A stretch of DNA of 64,000 bases, taken from the NCBI GenBank assembly GCA_965660855.1, contig CBFIBM010000001.1, positions 160,001 to 224,000 on the forward strand. Reading direction: 5' to 3'. The translations under genes were made by a program, and so were the position numbers. Positions 60,972 to 64,000 of this stretch are shown in pieces; the first letter of the stretch is position 1; each line of letters starts with the position of its first letter. The notes below the pieces were generated by a model, which saw only the letters and a program-made list of their open reading frames with translations, did not search any database and was not told the DNA's origin. Source of the stretch: an uncultured bacterium. GTDB lineage: Bacteria > Fidelibacterota > Marinisomatia > Marinisomatales > UBA1611.

Positions 60972-62086
60972 CAATTAAAAATATAATTGGTCCTAAAGCT
61001 TATATCCATGTTGATAGATTGAAAACTAATTTATCCTTAATTAAAGATGAAATTGGAGACAAGGCATTGATGCTTGTTGTTAAAGCTAATGGCTATGGAC
61101 ACGGAGCTTTAAATATTACTGATTCTCTTAAAGAAGAAAATAATATTATTTTTTGTGTATTCACCATAGAAGAGGCTTTAGAATTAAGAAATAATAATAT
61201 AAAAAATAATATTTTTATTTTCTCAAAAATGCAATCTTCTTGGCTTCAAATTGCTCATGAAAATAATTTTTGGATTAATCTAACCTGTTTTGAAGATTTA
61301 GATGATATTCTTGAATATTATAAAAAGTTTAATGGTGCTCCAAAAATACATATAAAGTTTGATACGGGAATGACTCGCTTAGGGTTTGACTTAAAGGATG
61401 CTGGGTCTCTTTTTAATATCTTAAACCAGAATAAATTTCTACCTATTGAAGGGATCTATTCTCACCTTTCAACAGCTGATGAAGGGGATTTAACATATGC
61501 TTTTCATCAACTAAATAAGTTTAATGAGATAGTAGAATTGGGTGTAAAAACTGGATTATATTTCAAATATATTCATTGTTCCAATAGTGGTGCTATTTTA
61601 AACCTACCCAATTCATATTTTAATACTGTAAGAGTTGGAATGTTACTTTATGGTGTTGCACCTTCAAATGAAGTTAAAATGAAGCAGAATTATCTGCCTG
61701 TTATGAGTTTTTGTGGACCAATTATTCATATCCGAAGAGTACCGTCAAATACTCCTGTTAGTTATGGTGGAAAATATATAACATCTGAAGAAACATATAT
61801 TGGGATTATACAAACTGGATTTGCTGATGGTTTTCCTAGACCATGGTATGAGGATGGATATGTAAGTTATAAAGGAAGTAATTACAAAATTGCTGGAAGA
61901 GTTTGTATGGATCAATTAATGGTTGATTTTGGAGATGTTAAACCGCGTGTAGGTGAAGAAGTCTTATTTTTTGGTGAAAAAGGTGATGACAAAATTCTCA
62001 TCGAAGATATTGCAGAGAAGATTTTCACAACTACCTACGTATTATTAGTGGGAATTCAAGGTAGAACGTTGAGAATTAATATTTAA
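60968..62086 (+). CDS. alr: Alanine racemase
   Basis: VVKANGYGHG, HIKFDTGMTRLG, YSHL, HCSNS, VSYGG, GFADG, GRVCMDQ. Confidence 0.96.
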   Translation: MTIKNIIGPKAYIHVDRLKTNLSLIKDEIGDKALMLVVKANGYGHGALNITDSLKEENNIIFCVFTIEEALELRNNNIKNNIFIFSKMQSSWLQIAHENNFWINLTCFEDLDDILEYYKKFNGAPKIHIKFDTGMTRLGFDLKDAGSLFNILNQNKFLPIEGIYSHLSTADEGDLTYAFHQLNKFNEIVELGVKTGLYFKYIHCSNSGAILNLPNSYFNTVRVGMLLYGVAPSNEVKMKQNYLPVMSFCGPIIHIRRVPSNTPVSYGGKYITSEETYIGIIQTGFADGFPRPWYEDGYVSYKGSNYKIAGRVCMDQLMVDFGDVKPRVGEEVLFFGEKGDDKILIEDIAEKIFTTTYVLLVGIQGRTLRINI

Positions 62087-62514
62087 TCTCTATGGTAATT
62101 GCTTCCATTATTAATTGATATTGCCCTAAATATTTGTTCCATAAGCACTAAGAAAGCGAGTTCATGGGGTAGGGTAAATTTCGATAAAGATAAATTATAA
62201 TCACACTTTTCAATAACTTCTTCATTTAATCCATCTGGAGCTCCAATAATAAATAAAAGTTCCTCATTTTTTTTTGTAATTAAATTTGAAAAATCAAAAG
62301 AACTTATTTGATTTCCACTTTCTGATAAGCAGATTGAAAAATTTCTTTTATTAATATGGAAGATTTGACTTTGAGATAGTTTTTTTGAATTATTATGTTT
62401 TAGATATATGATATCAAACTTTGAAAAATTAGATATCCAATTTTTATACTTATTTATTTTATTTAAATAAGCTTTTTCCTTAGTTCTGCCAGCTACTAAT
62501 ATTTTAATTTTCAC
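62083..62514 (-). CDS. rlmH: 23S rRNA m3-pseudouridine-1915 methyltransferase
   Basis: FIIGAPDGL, LSLSKFTLPHEL, EQIFRA, YHR. Confidence 0.94.
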   Translation of the reverse strand: MKIKILVAGRTKEKAYLNKINKYKNWISNFSKFDIIYLKHNNSKKLSQSQIFHINKRNFSICLSESGNQISSFDFSNLITKKNEELLFIIGAPDGLNEEVIEKCDYNLSLSKFTLPHELAFLVLMEQIFRAISINNGSNYHRD

Positions 62515-62548
62515 ATTTTTGTAACTATAAAATATGAATCAAATAATA

Positions 62549-62878
62549 CTATTTTTTTTCAGGAGTAGCACGCACCCAAGAACGACGATTTTGAAAGGCT
62601 TCAATTTTTAGATTAGCCCAATCTTCAATGATCTCTTTAAGTTGGTCTGATTCTTCTGGATGTTGATTAAGGTTTTCTTCTATTACAGTAAATAATTGTT
62701 TTTTACGTTCTTGGACTTGCCCATATGTCGCGACCTCTTCATTAGAGATTTCATCTTTAACAGCTAGATTTTTTTTTCTGGCCTCTTCGGCGTCTGAGTT
62801 TTTCTCTTTCCAATGTTCAGATAATGCATATACCATTATAACTAAAATAATGATTAAGACTATTGTATTTAAATCCAT
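62549..62878 (-). CDS. Single-TM hypothetical protein (109 aa) downstream of the DASS transporter
   Basis: ATG at 62878 preceded by AAGGAG; MDLNTIVLIIILVIMVYAL followed by a charged helical domain. Confidence 0.78.
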   Translation of the reverse strand: MDLNTIVLIIILVIMVYALSEHWKEKNSDAEEARKKNLAVKDEISNEEVATYGQVQERKKQLFTVIEENLNQHPEESDQLKEIIEDWANLKIEAFQNRRSWVRATPEKK

Positions 62879-62888
62879 AATTCTCTCC

Positions 62889-64000
62889 TTAAAAGCCCAT
62901 TCCTGAAGGTGCAATCCCCAGAACACCAACCCACCAGAAAATGATTATTGCTGAAAGAGCAACTAATGCTGCAGGCCAACCCAAAGTAGCCATTCTAATA
63001 AAATCTTTTGATTCTAATTGGCCACTGGCATATACAATTGAACTTGCAGGTGTACCAATGACAAGCCAATAAGCCATTGATGTTGCTATAGCTAACCCAA
63101 CACCAACCAGAACTGGATTAGTTCCAGAGCTAACAGCCATATCAAGCACTACAGGACCAATGACAGCAACAGTTGCTCCTGCACTCATTAAATTTGTTAA
63201 TACAGCACCTATTACACACATAAGTATAACCAAGCCTACACCTGAGTTTAAACCCAATGGTGAAACGATCATCATAATTTGATCAGCAAACCAACTAGAG
63301 GCTCCAGTAGCTTTAAATACTGAACCCAAACTGATGCAGCCAGCATACAACACAATAACTCCCCAACTTACTTTATCTTCATAATCTTTCCATGAGGTAA
63401 GACCAAATAACATGTATAAAACAGCTCCTGTAATAGCAATTCCACCAAGACCCAATGAGAATCCAAATAAATCTTTAACTAAAGATTTATCGGTTATCCA
63501 CAAAAAAACAACTAATGCCATAATACCTGCAACTAATTTTTGTTTATTTGTCATTGCTCCATGTTTCTGCAGATCTTTTTTTAGAAGATTTACAGCTTCG
63601 CTTAGATCATCAACTTCAGGTTTAAATAACATTGGTAATAAAAATGCCATGACCACAGACATAACAATTGTGTACATAACGCCCATTGAGATCCACTGCA
63701 TAAATGATACATCAACACCATAATCTGAGAGAAAACCAATCATTAAAGCATTTCTAGCACCACCGGTTGGACTCATTGGACCTCCAATCATACAACCAAC
63801 TGCAATTGTCACCATCAGTAAGGTTCCAAGTCTTGGGGAAGGAGTAGATTTATTAGTTAAAGTATAAAGTGCGAGTGCTATTGGAACATACATTGCAGCT
63901 ACTGCATGTTCCCCAACAAATGCAGTTGGAATGGCAGTACCAAGTAGAATTCCAATTATAATTGATCTTGTTTTTGTTCCTGCAAGGTTTACAACGAGCA
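62889..64000 (-). CDS. SLC13/DASS family transporter, 5'-truncated by the window edge
   Basis: Frame is open to the window end (LVVNLAGTKTR...FVGEHAVAAM); GGPMSPTGGARNA, VSWGVIVLY, LTNLMS, IGTPAS. Confidence 0.88.
   Translation of the reverse strand, partial: LVVNLAGTKTRSIIIGILLGTAIPTAFVGEHAVAAMYVPIALALYTLTNKSTPSPRLGTLLMVTIAVGCMIGGPMSPTGGARNALMIGFLSDYGVDVSFMQWISMGVMYTIVMSVVMAFLLPMLFKPEVDDLSEAVNLLKKDLQKHGAMTNKQKLVAGIMALVVFLWITDKSLVKDLFGFSLGLGGIAITGAVLYMLFGLTSWKDYEDKVSWGVIVLYAGCISLGSVFKATGASSWFADQIMMIVSPLGLNSGVGLVILMCVIGAVLTNLMSAGATVAVIGPVVLDMAVSSGTNPVLVGVGLAIATSMAYWLVIGTPASSIVYASGQLESKDFIRMATLGWPAALVALSAIIIFWWVGVLGIAPSGMGF

Overview
AT-rich, densely coding bacterial chromosome segment, almost all on the + strand. 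It probably comes from an FCB-group marine heterotroph (Marinimicrobia/SAR406-like). This is inferred from four secreted proteins carrying a YPNPFN-type C-terminal sorting domain, a long-form IspG and a short RpoD-type sigma factor. Housekeeping genes include psd, a pan/coa operon, htpG, yaaA, ispG, folB-folK, rsmE, smc, dut, groES-groEL, polA, alr and rlmH. Polymer-scavenging genes include a GH81 beta-1,3-glucanase, three M1 peptidases and a 2074-aa surface protein. The main discovery is at 18.4-20.7 kb, where the ORF track misses two complete minus-strand genes. Both are paralogous exported TlpA/thioredoxin-fold proteins with an in-frame TGA exactly at the first Cys of the CxxC motif (W-U-T-Y-C and W-U-P-N-C). 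Each TGA is followed by an identical 26-nt SECIS-like hairpin, so both are predicted selenoproteins. Each is paired tail-to-tail with a paralogous exported NTF2/SnoaL-like protein, forming a tandemly duplicated two-gene module next to yaaA. Other notable items: an exported Ntn-amidotransferase whose catalytic Cys appears to be exposed by signal cleavage, an apicomplexan-like dUTPase, a candidate pan RNA hairpin and a sigma-54-type promoter before groES. No rRNA, tRNA, CRISPR array or mobile element was recognised.
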